A stretch of 64,000 nucleotides of DNA from contig NC_092670.1 of the NCBI RefSeq assembly GCF_964355755.1, forward strand, positions 7,678,201-7,742,200, read 5' to 3'. The stretch is from Antedon mediterranea. Lineage: Eukaryota > Animalia > Echinodermata. Of this stretch, positions 12,209 to 22,900 are shown in pieces. The translations under genes and the position numbers were made by a program. How positions within the stretch are numbered: position 1 is the stretch's first letter; every line of letters starts with the position of its first letter. The notes beneath the pieces are model-generated. The model worked only from the letters and a program-made list of their open reading frames with translations, was not told the origin of the DNA and did no database searches.

Positions 12209-13482
12209 CATGTACATTAAATTTGATTATGTTTTAAATTATGACGCTTGCCTCTTGTACAAAAATGAAGTTTTTTGGACAAGTAGTTTTCGAGAAAATG
12301 CAATTTCAGTTTACTACTATAGGCTTTGAAAAAGAACGATCAAAGATATAGTTATGTTTAACATTGAGATATATAAGAACTAAGCCTCCCTAGATTTGTA
12401 ATGGAAAATTGTATTACACCATGAGTCGAACTTAAATGAACGATTTTAATATTGATTGGAAATTGTATGGTTATCAAAGGTATGTAAAATGAAAGATAAA
12501 CAATTGGCACAAATAATTATTACCTACTATAAAAAACTATGGATATTAAAAGGTAGTCAACAATTGTAAACATATCAATGAAGAACACGCACTCTTAAAA
12601 TGTAAATAGATTAAAAACTTTTAGAAAAAAGTAGAAAACATTCTTAAATCTCTGTTAAAGACGAACAAATATCTTTTAAGAAACGTATCCTTGGTATCAA
12701 TAGGCCTATGTTTGCACTCTGTTCTACTCTCGAATTGCCTCTTACCCAAATAATAAAAGTGAAATCTATGTGGATATCTTTTAATTGTGCTCTAATCTAT
12801 AGAATAAAATGTGAAGTATACATCGAACAAAATACAGTATACGATTGTTCTCATGTAAATTTTAAAATTATATGTATTTATTTCACCATTACCAATCATC
12901 GCTTTGCAGTCCTCACGAAGGACTAGCGCATATTTTTAAGGCTATTTTAGTGGTCACACAAGTCACAAGTCACAAATCAGTTTATTTGATCCAAAAGAAA
13001 AAAAAAAATACAAAGCAAAAAATATACAAAAGGACCAGGGAGACTTCCATTAAGGCCAAAAGCCGCATGCATGGAAGCCACCCGAACATTTTAAATAATA
13101 TATAATTCTCATGTATATAATATAATTAAAAAATTAACAAATCATAACATGCTCTATTTACTTTAGTATAAAGGTTCATCTGGATCTCTGTATAGTACTC
13201 ATAACATTTTTCTTTTGGATGTTTCACAAGAAAATGTTATGAATATCAAGCTTTCTTTTTTTGTTTCGATTTAGATGCGTTTACTTTTTATAGGCCTCAC
13301 ATATACGGTACAGAAACACTCTCACTCACACAAACATGTGAGCAAACCTGAAGATATATATCGATCTCATACATTCAACAAACATAAACCCGAGAGTCGG
13401 CATTGTCTGGCATTATTGCCAACACTGTTGCCTCATTCCTTCTTCTTCTTGGCTTTGCTTCGCGAACGAAGATTTTTTTTTA

Positions 13483-14545
13483 CGCCGTGGTTAGGATTCC
13501 GGCACCGGAACTCAACTGCCCACCGTTAGGGAATCCGACACGCTATTGCGCATGCCCAGAGCTCTGGGAAGTGAATTATAGCTTGCACTAATAATAGTGC
13601 CACACCACGGAGAGTCGGAGTGTTTGTTATAGGGATTTATATAACACCTATATAAATTCCTGTCATTTGATTGGACGAATGTGGGTCACATGGCGTGCAA
13701 TAGTACGCACTATTCAACGATCGTTAAATAGTACTTTTTGAAACATTTTTGTTTGTTATTTAGATGTTATATAAAACAAATAATGAATGTTTTGTATTCG
13801 TGTAATGGTACAAATAATGGCACTTGGTGAATGATGAAAGGTTATATCAACTCGGCTTTGCCTCGTTGATATAACCTTTCATCATTCACCTCGTGCCATT
13901 ATTTGTACCATTGCACTCATAAACATTCATTATTTGTATATTACTGTAGCCTAGATAGTCGTTGCGCGAGCGAGAGAGCGATGGATGAAACTTGGCCTAT
14001 GCCATACATGAATTAATAATTAAAATATGACTACGCCACGCGTTAAAATAATTATAATGATATTAATAAGTATCAGTATCTATCTAAGAATCGTAATGCT
14101 GTTTTTAGCGTTGCGACCCTGACTTCCCGAACAGTTTTTTCACATCCACGCGGTGGCTGCCGTCAACAAATCAACTTGTGATTGCATGTTGTATATGTAC
14201 AGTATAATGCGTTATGAAAAATCATAAAACTAGTCATGTATTTATATAATTCATAATGATATGAATTTTATATATGAATGAAGCAACCACTTTTTAATTA
14301 CAAAACAAATACTATAGGCCCACTGGTCACGTAGTCTAACTGGTAGCCCTAGCCTAGATTAGTGGATCCCATATTAGAAGGCATCTAGGCTAGTTCGCCG
14401 TCGTGTGGCGCAGCTATGAAATAATCCATCGCTGTTAAAAAGTATAGAGAGTCGCCGATTACCTTGCTCTGGGCATGCGCAATAGCGTGTCGGAATCCCT
14501 AACGCTGGGCAGTTGAGTTCCGGTGCCGGAATCCTAACCACGGCG
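13483..14545. mobile_element. Non-autonomous DNA transposon with ~80-bp TIRs and 9-bp TSD (Mutator/MULE-like)
   Basis: cgccgtggttaggattccggcaccggaactc... recurs as an almost perfect inverted copy at 14467-14545; TTTTTTTTA flanks both sides. Confidence 0.75.
13636..13942. mobile_element. Palindromic (foldback) repeat element nested in the MULE-like element
   Basis: ~170-bp hairpin at 13770-13940 centred on ctcggctttgcctcg; a near-identical inverted copy lies at 42517-42732. Confidence 0.75.
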
Positions 14546-15383
14546 TTTTTTTTATGAAGGGGTTTGTCCACGTCTGTCACAGGCTCGTTTGTGGCTTACA
14601 AGTCCGATGCGAGAAAGGCATGCCCGTCCACAACGGCTGCAGAGGAATGTCTGCTGCAACTTTTAGACCTATCCATCACAGTGCAAGTTTACTGAAACCA
14701 GGCATTATCGTGACGAGTTCTTCTCACAGTCAAAAACCTCTCACAAACATTACCCACTATCCAAGCACTCATACAATAAACTCATTTATTTATATAGCAT
14801 AACTTCCAACATGCTCGCACATTAGTCACAGTCATGGTGTAACACGATCGTCAACCAAAATTACAAATTGGTTTAATAAACCGTGTTTACACTACCACTA
14901 TATTATAAATCGACTGTGGACAATCACATCCTACCCATCATCTAGTTCTGTTTAATACACTGGATAGATGCAGGTTTTGAAAAAAATTGGCAATTTAATT
15001 ATTTTCAATCGTCATATTAAACCTATAGAAATACTGTACTTAAAACTATGTATAATTAAGAAAAACTGGGTAGGTGAATACATTTCACTAACTGCAGCTA
15101 TTCCAAAAGAGTGGTTAATATCCAAAACTCAAATGATTCTTCTTCAACTTTCTCAACAATTTTCACTATCCATATATCCTCTGGTAGCTACTGTAGGTTG
15201 CTCTTCTATAATTCTGCCTTGCCACATACAACAACCAAAATATGGAAACGAGTTTACAATGGAACCTTTCACATGCTACAATTATTAGCTACAGAAGAAC
15301 AAACTCTGAAATAAAACTATTTTCACAAACAATTTCATAAAACAATTTCTCTTGAAATTCTCGCTGCTCTGCTTATCCTTAAA

Positions 15384-15687
15384 GATGTATTGTCCCTACC
15401 CACCCTGCTAAAATGAAGGCTAATAAAAATCAGACTTTGAATAGACTATTTTGTTTTTTTAATAACTTTTCTACTTCCTTCCATAAGAAAAAAAAGTTAT
15501 AAAATGACAAAATAATGGTTTATAATACAGTATAAAGAAGGCGATTTGACTATTTTAAATTAAAATTTTTTTCAGGTTTAAAATAATTTTTTTTATCCAA
15601 TTGTTAGTCAAAGTGGATAACTATTATGCGACATTAAAATGGCATATTAAAAAAAAAATTGTTCTCAGGGAGAAAATATACATCTTC
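15384..15687. mobile_element. Kolobok-like MITE, degenerate
   Basis: ttaa-agatgtattgtccct left end and degenerate gggagaaaatatacatct right end. Confidence 0.5.
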
Positions 15688-15745
15688 GTTTAATACACTA
15701 ATTGAATAGAATCCCATGTTTATACAGTATACAGTAGAGCTTTTT

Positions 15746-18301
15746 TCAATCTGTCTCTCCTGTGTGTATTCTCAAATGTCTTTTCAAATTCCCACTTTGA
15801 TTAAATTTCTTACCACAATGTTCACATTCATATGGTGTCTCTCTTGTGTGTGTTCTCAAATGTTTTTTCAAATTCCCATTACAATAAAATTTCTTCCCAC
15901 AATATTCACATTCATATGGTAAATCTCGGTGTATTTTCAAATGTCTTTTCAAAACTCTACTTTGTTTAAATTTCTTTCCACAATTTTCACATTCATATGG
16001 TGTCTCGTGTGTGTGTGTTTTCAGATGTGACTTCAACTCTCCATTTTGTTTAAATTTATCTCCACAATGTTCACATTCAAATGGTTTCTCTCCTTTATGT
16101 ATTCTTAAATGTGCTTGTAAATTACTAATCTGGTTAAATTTCTTTTTACAATGTTCACATTCATATGGTGTCTCTCCTGTGTGTATTCTTAAATGTTTTT
16201 TCAAATCCCCACTTTGTTTAAATTTCTTACCACAATGTTCACATTCATATGGTGTCTCTCCTGTGTGTATTCTTAAATGTATTTTAAAACTTCCACTATG
16301 TTTAAATTTCTTTCCACAATGTTCACATTCATATGGTGTCTCTCTTGTGTGTGTTCTCAAATGTTTTTTCAAATTCCCATTACAATAAAATTTTTTCCCA
16401 CAATATTCACATTCATATGGTAAATCTCGGTGTATTTTCAAATGTCTTTTCAAAACTCTACTTTGTTTAAATTTCTTTCCACAATTTTCACATTCATATG
16501 GTGTCTCGTGTGTGTGTGTTTTCAGATGGGACTTCAACTCTCCATTTTGTTTAAATTTATCTCCACAATGTTCACATTCATATGGTGTCTCTCCTGTGTG
16601 TATTCTTAAATGTTTTTTCAAATCTCCACTTTGTTTAAATTTCTTACCACAATGTTCACATTCATATGGTGTCTCTCCTGTGTGTATTCTTAAATGTATT
16701 TTAAAACTTCCACTATGTTTAAATTTTTTTCCACAATTTTCACATTCATATGGTGTCTCTCCTGTGTGTATTCTTAAATGTATTTTAAAACTCCCACTTT
16801 GTTTAAATTTCTTACCACAATGTTCACATTCATATGGTGTCTCGTTTGTGTGTGTTTTCAGATGTGATTTTAACCCTCCATTTTCTTTAAATTTCTTACC
16901 ACAATGTTCACATTCAAATGGTGTCTCTCCTGTGTGTATTTTCAAATGTGATTTCAAATTCCCATTCCATCTAAATTTCTTCCCACAGTATTGACAATCA
17001 AATGTTTTAAAATCTCTGGCTATGTGTATTTTCAAATGCCTTTTCAAAATTCTACTTTGTTTAAATTCTTTTCCACAATGTTCACATTCATATGGTGTCT
17101 CGTTTGTGTGTGTTTTCAGATGTGACTTTAACTCCCCATTGTGTTTAAATTTATTTCCACAATGTTCACATTCATATGGTTTCTCTCCTGTATGTATTCT
17201 TAAATGTGCTTGTAAATTACTAATCTGGTTAAATTTCTTTTTACAATGTTCACATTCATATGGTGTCTCCCCTGTGTGTATTCTCAAATGTCGATTCAAA
17301 TTGTCCTTGCGTCTGAATTTTTTTCCACAATGTTCACACATATATGGTGTCTCACCTGTGTGTATTTTCAAATGTGTTTGTAAATTACTAATCTGGTTAA
17401 ATTTCTTCCTACAATGTTCACATTCATAATCATATGGCCGTGTCTCTCTTGTGTGCATTATCAAATGTCTTTCAAATATTTTACTTTCTTTGAATTTCTT
17501 CCCACAATGTTCACATTCATATGGTGTCTCTCCTGTATGTATTCTCAAATGTCTTTTCAAATTCCCACTTTGTTTAAATTTCTTTCCACAAGGTTTACAT
17601 TCAAATAGCGTCTCTCCTGTATGTATTCTCAAATGAATTTTCAAACTCCCACTTTGTTTAAATTTCTTCCCACATTGTTCACATTCATATGGTGTCTTTT
17701 TTGTGTGTAATCTTAAATGTTTGTTCAAATTGTCATTCTGTTTAAATTTCTTCCCACAATGTTCACATTCATATGATGTCTCTTCTGAGACAGTGTGTGT
17801 TATTCTGCTCCAGTGTGCTTTCAACTCTTCAATATGTTTAAATTTCGCACCACCACTAGGCCTAGGCCTAAGCCTATGTCCACATTTAGTTGTAGATTCC
17901 TCTCTGCACACGCTCAGAGTCAAATGTCTTTTCAAATCCCAACTGCGTTTAAATGTCTTTCCACAATTTTTACATTCGCATGTTGTTTCTTCTTTCTCTA
18001 ACCCTAGGCCTAATTCGCGGTCTTCAAACTTAAAATTATCTTCGTATAGGCCCGAGGACGAGACTATGTCTTGGCCTAGATCAGGCCCTCGGCCTAGGCC
18101 AAGTACTCCGAGTATGGCTTGGCCTAGTGTATCGCGATCGGATGTCAGTGTATCTTGACTTTGGCAATTTAGATTAATATCATTATAGCTTTCGTCTTTC
18201 AACTCTTCTTTCGTCCATGATGGTGTATGATGTATTCCTAAATGCACCTTCAAATCACTGAACTCAAATTTATCTCCACAGTGTTCACATTTATATTTCA
18301 T
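15746..18301 (-). CDS. Multi-C2H2 zinc-finger protein (24 tandem canonical fingers plus 2-3 degenerate N-terminal ones), ~851 aa
   Basis: Uninterrupted ORF (open to 18379, first ATG at 18301) of YECEHCGKKFxxxxxLxxHLRIH repeats joined by TGETPY linkers; no KRAB, SET or BTB domain visible. Confidence 0.92.
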   Translation of the reverse strand: MKYKCEHCGDKFEFSDLKVHLGIHHTPSWTKEELKDESYNDINLNCQSQDTLTSDRDTLGQAILGVLGLGRGPDLGQDIVSSSGLYEDNFKFEDRELGLGLEKEETTCECKNCGKTFKRSWDLKRHLTLSVCREESTTKCGHRLRPRPSGGAKFKHIEELKAHWSRITHTVSEETSYECEHCGKKFKQNDNLNKHLRLHTKKTPYECEQCGKKFKQSGSLKIHLRIHTGETLFECKPCGKKFKQSGNLKRHLRIHTGETPYECEHCGKKFKESKIFERHLIMHTRETRPYDYECEHCRKKFNQISNLQTHLKIHTGETPYMCEHCGKKFRRKDNLNRHLRIHTGETPYECEHCKKKFNQISNLQAHLRIHTGEKPYECEHCGNKFKHNGELKSHLKTHTNETPYECEHCGKEFKQSRILKRHLKIHIARDFKTFDCQYCGKKFRWNGNLKSHLKIHTGETPFECEHCGKKFKENGGLKSHLKTHTNETPYECEHCGKKFKQSGSFKIHLRIHTGETPYECENCGKKFKHSGSFKIHLRIHTGETPYECEHCGKKFKQSGDLKKHLRIHTGETPYECEHCGDKFKQNGELKSHLKTHTHETPYECENCGKKFKQSRVLKRHLKIHRDLPYECEYCGKKFYCNGNLKKHLRTHTRETPYECEHCGKKFKHSGSFKIHLRIHTGETPYECEHCGKKFKQSGDLKKHLRIHTGETPYECEHCKKKFNQISNLQAHLRIHKGEKPFECEHCGDKFKQNGELKSHLKTHTHETPYECENCGKKFKQSRVLKRHLKIHRDLPYECEYCGKKFYCNGNLKKHLRTHTRETPYECEHCGKKFNQSGNLKRHLRIHTGETD

Positions 18302-18379
18302 GATGATACATTTATATGTGCACACTAGGCTAGGCACTGCATTGAGCACCTCCACCACCACAATTCGCAATCGTAACAA

Positions 18380-19950
18380 CCGTGTGGAGGCCGGCCAACG
18401 ATAGTGTGTAGCTAGCTAGTTAGGCCTACACACGTGTTCGGCCTACACTATTATTTCTATGGAGCGCCATGCACGCATTATTTGAAAAGTATCATGGAAA
18501 GTGTGTTGGTACGGTTGAATGGTTGAATTATGGACATGATGCGATGTGGAGTACTGTTTTTAATTTTAATCAAATGAGATCGCTGTATTTATTCGAATAA
18601 ACGCCCCGTTTATTGTGCCAAAATAAAAAAATATCTTTTGATATTGATATTGTTTTGATATTAAATTCGATAATTAAAGCCTTTTGAACGTTATACATTT
18701 TCAAAACAAAAGGCTCAACTCCATCAAACATTTGATCTCAAAATATTAAGTTGTAATTGTTTTTATTGTTTATTCAATGCAGCTTATTTTTAATTGGTGA
18801 CGTATCTCATTATTGTTTTGTTTTGTTTTATTTTGACTACTTAGTTTTGTTATTTTTGTATTTTATAAGTAATGATGGAGTAAGAGCAGTTTTCTGTTTG
18901 GGCTCATGCCTATTACTTGCTCCTGGCAAGATGAATTGTAAAATGTAATTTATGAACTTTTGCCGAATAAATATTATTATTATTATTATTATTATACGCT
19001 ACTAGGAATAGTTGGACACAAACACGGCTTCTAATCCATTCAATGCCGTAACTCTCTCTATATTATGGCTCTGGTTCAAATACAGTAAGAGCGCCCTCTA
19101 TATAGTAGCGGACGGAATATCAAAACAAACAACTCCACTCTCTCACCTCTCTCCACACACACATGGCCGGACTCTCGATCTCGCGGGCCTACAGTTATGA
19201 TGAGGACATTTTGTTTAAATTACCACTTTTTTGGTCTACTAAGTACTAGACCTATATGAGTATAAAAGTGAAGTTTTTTAGATGTACATTTTAGCTTAAT
19301 ACTTTTTTATTCCAGGTGGTGAGCTTCGAGTTTTATTTCGAGTCTTGAGACGTCCCCAAATCGACTACTCTGCCTACTACTTCACTAGCTAGGCCTACTA
19401 CTACTAGAGATTAGGCCTAGATTACGTATTCCTCAGAATCCAGGCAGGTGCGTTGTCCATAGGACCACGTCCAAAGTAACATCGCGTCTTCCACATGGCC
19501 GGGATGCTTGCTAACGGGCGAGATCTTTCCGTATGTAATAAGACTAAAGAGCTGATGGTTTAATTGCTTTATTTATTTTGAGGGCCCTTTATAATGATGG
19601 CCAGTTCCTTCTTTACTGAAACTGGACTGGTGGTAAAGGCCACTTTCATTATTAGAGATGGTAATAATAAAAAAAATAATATAACCAGAGCTACTGTAAT
19701 AGGCACGGGCCTCTTCCCTCCAATATATCTTAATGAATGAATAGTGCCACAACATACAAGTGTTGGTTTGCACTATACAAAAGATAATTCTTATTACAGT
19801 ATTATTATTATTGTATTATTATAAACACCTGACTAGATTTGATTACAGCAGTACTATATCATATGCTCCTGAGAGGCTTCTGTCTAGTTAAATCTATTAT
19901 TATTGGCAAGTGATAAAAAAAATTATAAAGTAATTTTTTTACATCCTCAG
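18380..19950. promoter_or_regulatory. Probable bidirectional promoter / 5' region between the ZNF gene and OSGEPL1
   Basis: Divergent gene orientation and locally GC/CpG-richer patches at ~18380-18480 and ~19080-19520. Transcription starts are not determinable. Confidence 0.35.
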
Positions 19951-19952
19951 AT

Positions 19953-22900
19953 ATGCTTGAGATGAGATCAATTATTTATAAAAATCCTTCAAAATTCTTT
20001 AGTAATTTTGTAAAACAGAGGTTTGTTTTGGGAATTGAAACCAGTTGTGATGAAACTGGAGCAGCAGTTGTAACAGACAGCGGTGATGTCATCGGTGAGG
20101 GCCTACGCTCTCAGAAGAACATACATGTCAAGTAAGGCTATAAACAATTTTTTATTTAAAAAAAACACCAAATTGTGAGTGCTGTATGGTTGAGCAGTGT
20201 TTAAGGAGTATCAGTATTTATCTCTTTTTGTGGGCAGTCTTTATGATTGCACACTGTGGCCAGCAGCTTGCCAGTTTTTGCATATTTTTCCAGGACCATG
20301 GTAGGAATTTAAATTATCTATCCACAAGAAAATATGTTTTAACTTTACATTATAATTATATATTTAGGCAAATTGCCTAGGATAACCATAAGCGAATTCA
20401 TTTACTATCTTTCTTAAAGGTGGCAATCCTGTTCACAAGACAAACATACACAAGATGCTCTATATATAAAACAAAGTCATAAAACAAAGTCTTAATACTG
20501 TACAAGTCTTTGGGAGTGAAGTTGTAATTTGTCATTAGAAAAAATCCTGACATATAACAGGACTTGAACCCAGGACCCTTGAATTGGTAGCCAAGCATCA
20601 TAACCACCAAGTCACAACTCTACTCCAATAATGTATCTAATTTTGCTTTTTTTTAAGGAATGGAGGTGTAATACCACCGCTTGCTCAAGCCTTGCACAGG
20701 GAATGTATACATAGCGTGGTACAAGATGCCTTAGATCAAAGTAGATTAGACATCCAGGTCAGTGTATTTGACATTGGGAATTATGTCTCATAACATAATT
20801 CAGAAGTAAACATCGTGGGTTCTACACAACCATAATAATATTATACAATATTCACAATTTATAAATTTAAAATGAATAACGTTAATTATTATTACTGTAT
20901 TCATATATTATCATTTAATATTTTAACATTTAATTTTTAAAGTCTCTGTGATCTTTTTTCTGCCTCCATTGACAAGTACCTAATGTATTATTTTTTTTTG
21001 TAGGATATGACTGCCATTGCGACCACAACGATGCCTGGTCTTGCCCTAAGCCTGATGGTAGGCCTTGAGTACACAAAGCAAATAATTGCAAGGACAAACT
21101 TACCATTTATTCCTGTTCATCATATGCAAGCTCATGCACTAACAGTCAGAATGATCCAACGGTATTTATTTGTTCTCGCTGATTTAACCCTGTATTATTT
21201 TAGTTTGTAACACACCTGTTTTTTAATTGCCAAATTTGTTTGTGTGAATTGAAAGTGTCGGATTAAACGCATGCTTATTCTAGTTTCCATCTTCCAATAA
21301 CTTTCTGCAACAAATTCTAGTTCTTTGAGTTTTTCGCTTCAGCAAAATTGGTTGTTCGAATAGTTTATTTTTTGGGAAGTGAAAACATTCGAAAAACCAA
21401 TGAGAGCTCAGAAACGGTGAGTTATGACGGTTCCATGATCACTTTATTCGCTCTTGTAGTGTAAAGGGTAGCACGATTAAATTTACCTAGTGGAAAACAG
21501 GCTTTACAGTATCTTTGTCTTTTGATTGTTGACCTCTTCTTAATTAAACATTTTGAGTGAAATGGGGAGAATATTTTTATGAGTTGAAAGTTAACTTTTC
21601 TTTTTAATGGACAATCAGCCTGTCAACTCATGAAAATATTATCCCCATTCAAGTAATACAAAATCCCTACAGTAAAAAAATGAACTTTTCCTTTGTTTAT
21701 GATGATACCAATAATGTTTGTTTCTGTAGGGTTGAATTTCCATTCCTTGTACTTCTAGTTTCTGGAGGTCACTGCTTGTTGACCGTGGCCAGAGGAGTAG
21801 ATGATTTCTTGATATTAGGTCAATGTCTTGACAATGCACCAGGAGAAGTTTTTGATAAGGTATATTCTTTTCATTAATATACAAAAGTATATCACAAATC
21901 ATTTTCTGTATTTATTTATGTATTTTCCACTGTCACTGGTTAATGAACAATACCTTCCAACCCCAGGGAAAGGGACTTCAATTAAATAATTATTATCATT
22001 ACACAAACAATGCCAATTTTAATATGAACAGGAACACTACATACAATATAAATAGTCTGTCAATTAATTGCTCATCCCCAGCACTCCAATAGCATGTTCC
22101 CTCCCCCTGCTAGCATAACATTGTAACTGTAAATGTGCAAAGTAGAATTTACACAAATGAGCAGTATGGTAAGTGGAAAAACTTGTGCTTGTACAGGCCT
22201 TGCCTTTTTAAAATTGTAGGTGTGCTACAAATTTCACTCTGCAACACATTCAGGGGTGCTGTAGGTGTGCCTTTGTATTTTGGTGTGTAGAAGTTTACCA
22301 AATTTAAGTGTGTTGTAATCACACTCCTCAAGGGCAGTTAGGTGAGTGATTGCACTAGCTTACCTCAAAAGAAAAAGCCTGCTTGTCCTACAGTTTACCG
22401 TTACAGTTTATCCAGTTTAATATGTTTATCAATTTATTGTCGATTGTTAACATCCTAGTGCACAGCCTTTAGAACTATTAAATTCTGTATTTTTCAGGTT
22501 GCAAGAAAACTGAGACTGCAGCACCATCCAGAGTGTCAAGGTCTAAGTGGTGGACAGGCTATGGAAAAGCTAGCTACTGGGGGAAGTATACGTCTGCTGA
22601 TGGGCAAGGGAACACAGCTACCTAGGTCTAGAAGCTGCGATTTTAGTTTCTCTGGCACAAGGACTGTGGCAGATGAGCTAATAAGACGTCAAGAAACGAA
22701 TCAAGGTAATACAATAAAAACAAAAATGTTTTTTGTTAGTACTGGACTGGAATGATAGTATGCCTATTAAATATATACTGAAACATGTAGAATGAAGATT
22801 ATTAGAATACGACTTTGAATAGGACATTTTGCAGTTTTTAAAATTATTATTTAGCTGAAAAAAAGTAATAAATTCGCTTAAAAGATACTGTTTTATTTAT

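Noticed and set aside
14800-15330. Possible degraded L1/Tx1-like LINE fragment or small gene
   Set aside because: Only vague similarity (IPKEW) and no diagnostic motif.
10561-15700. Allene oxide synthase domain upstream of LOX (AOS-LOX fusion)
   Set aside because: No catalase-like exons seen; the LOX begins with its own ATG and MGxxxS motif.
16011-18158. Several Cys-rich plus-strand ORFs
   Set aside because: Antisense shadows of the periodic zinc-finger ORF.
19088-19105. CTCF-like motif agcgccctcta
   Set aside because: Short partial match that cannot be distinguished from chance.
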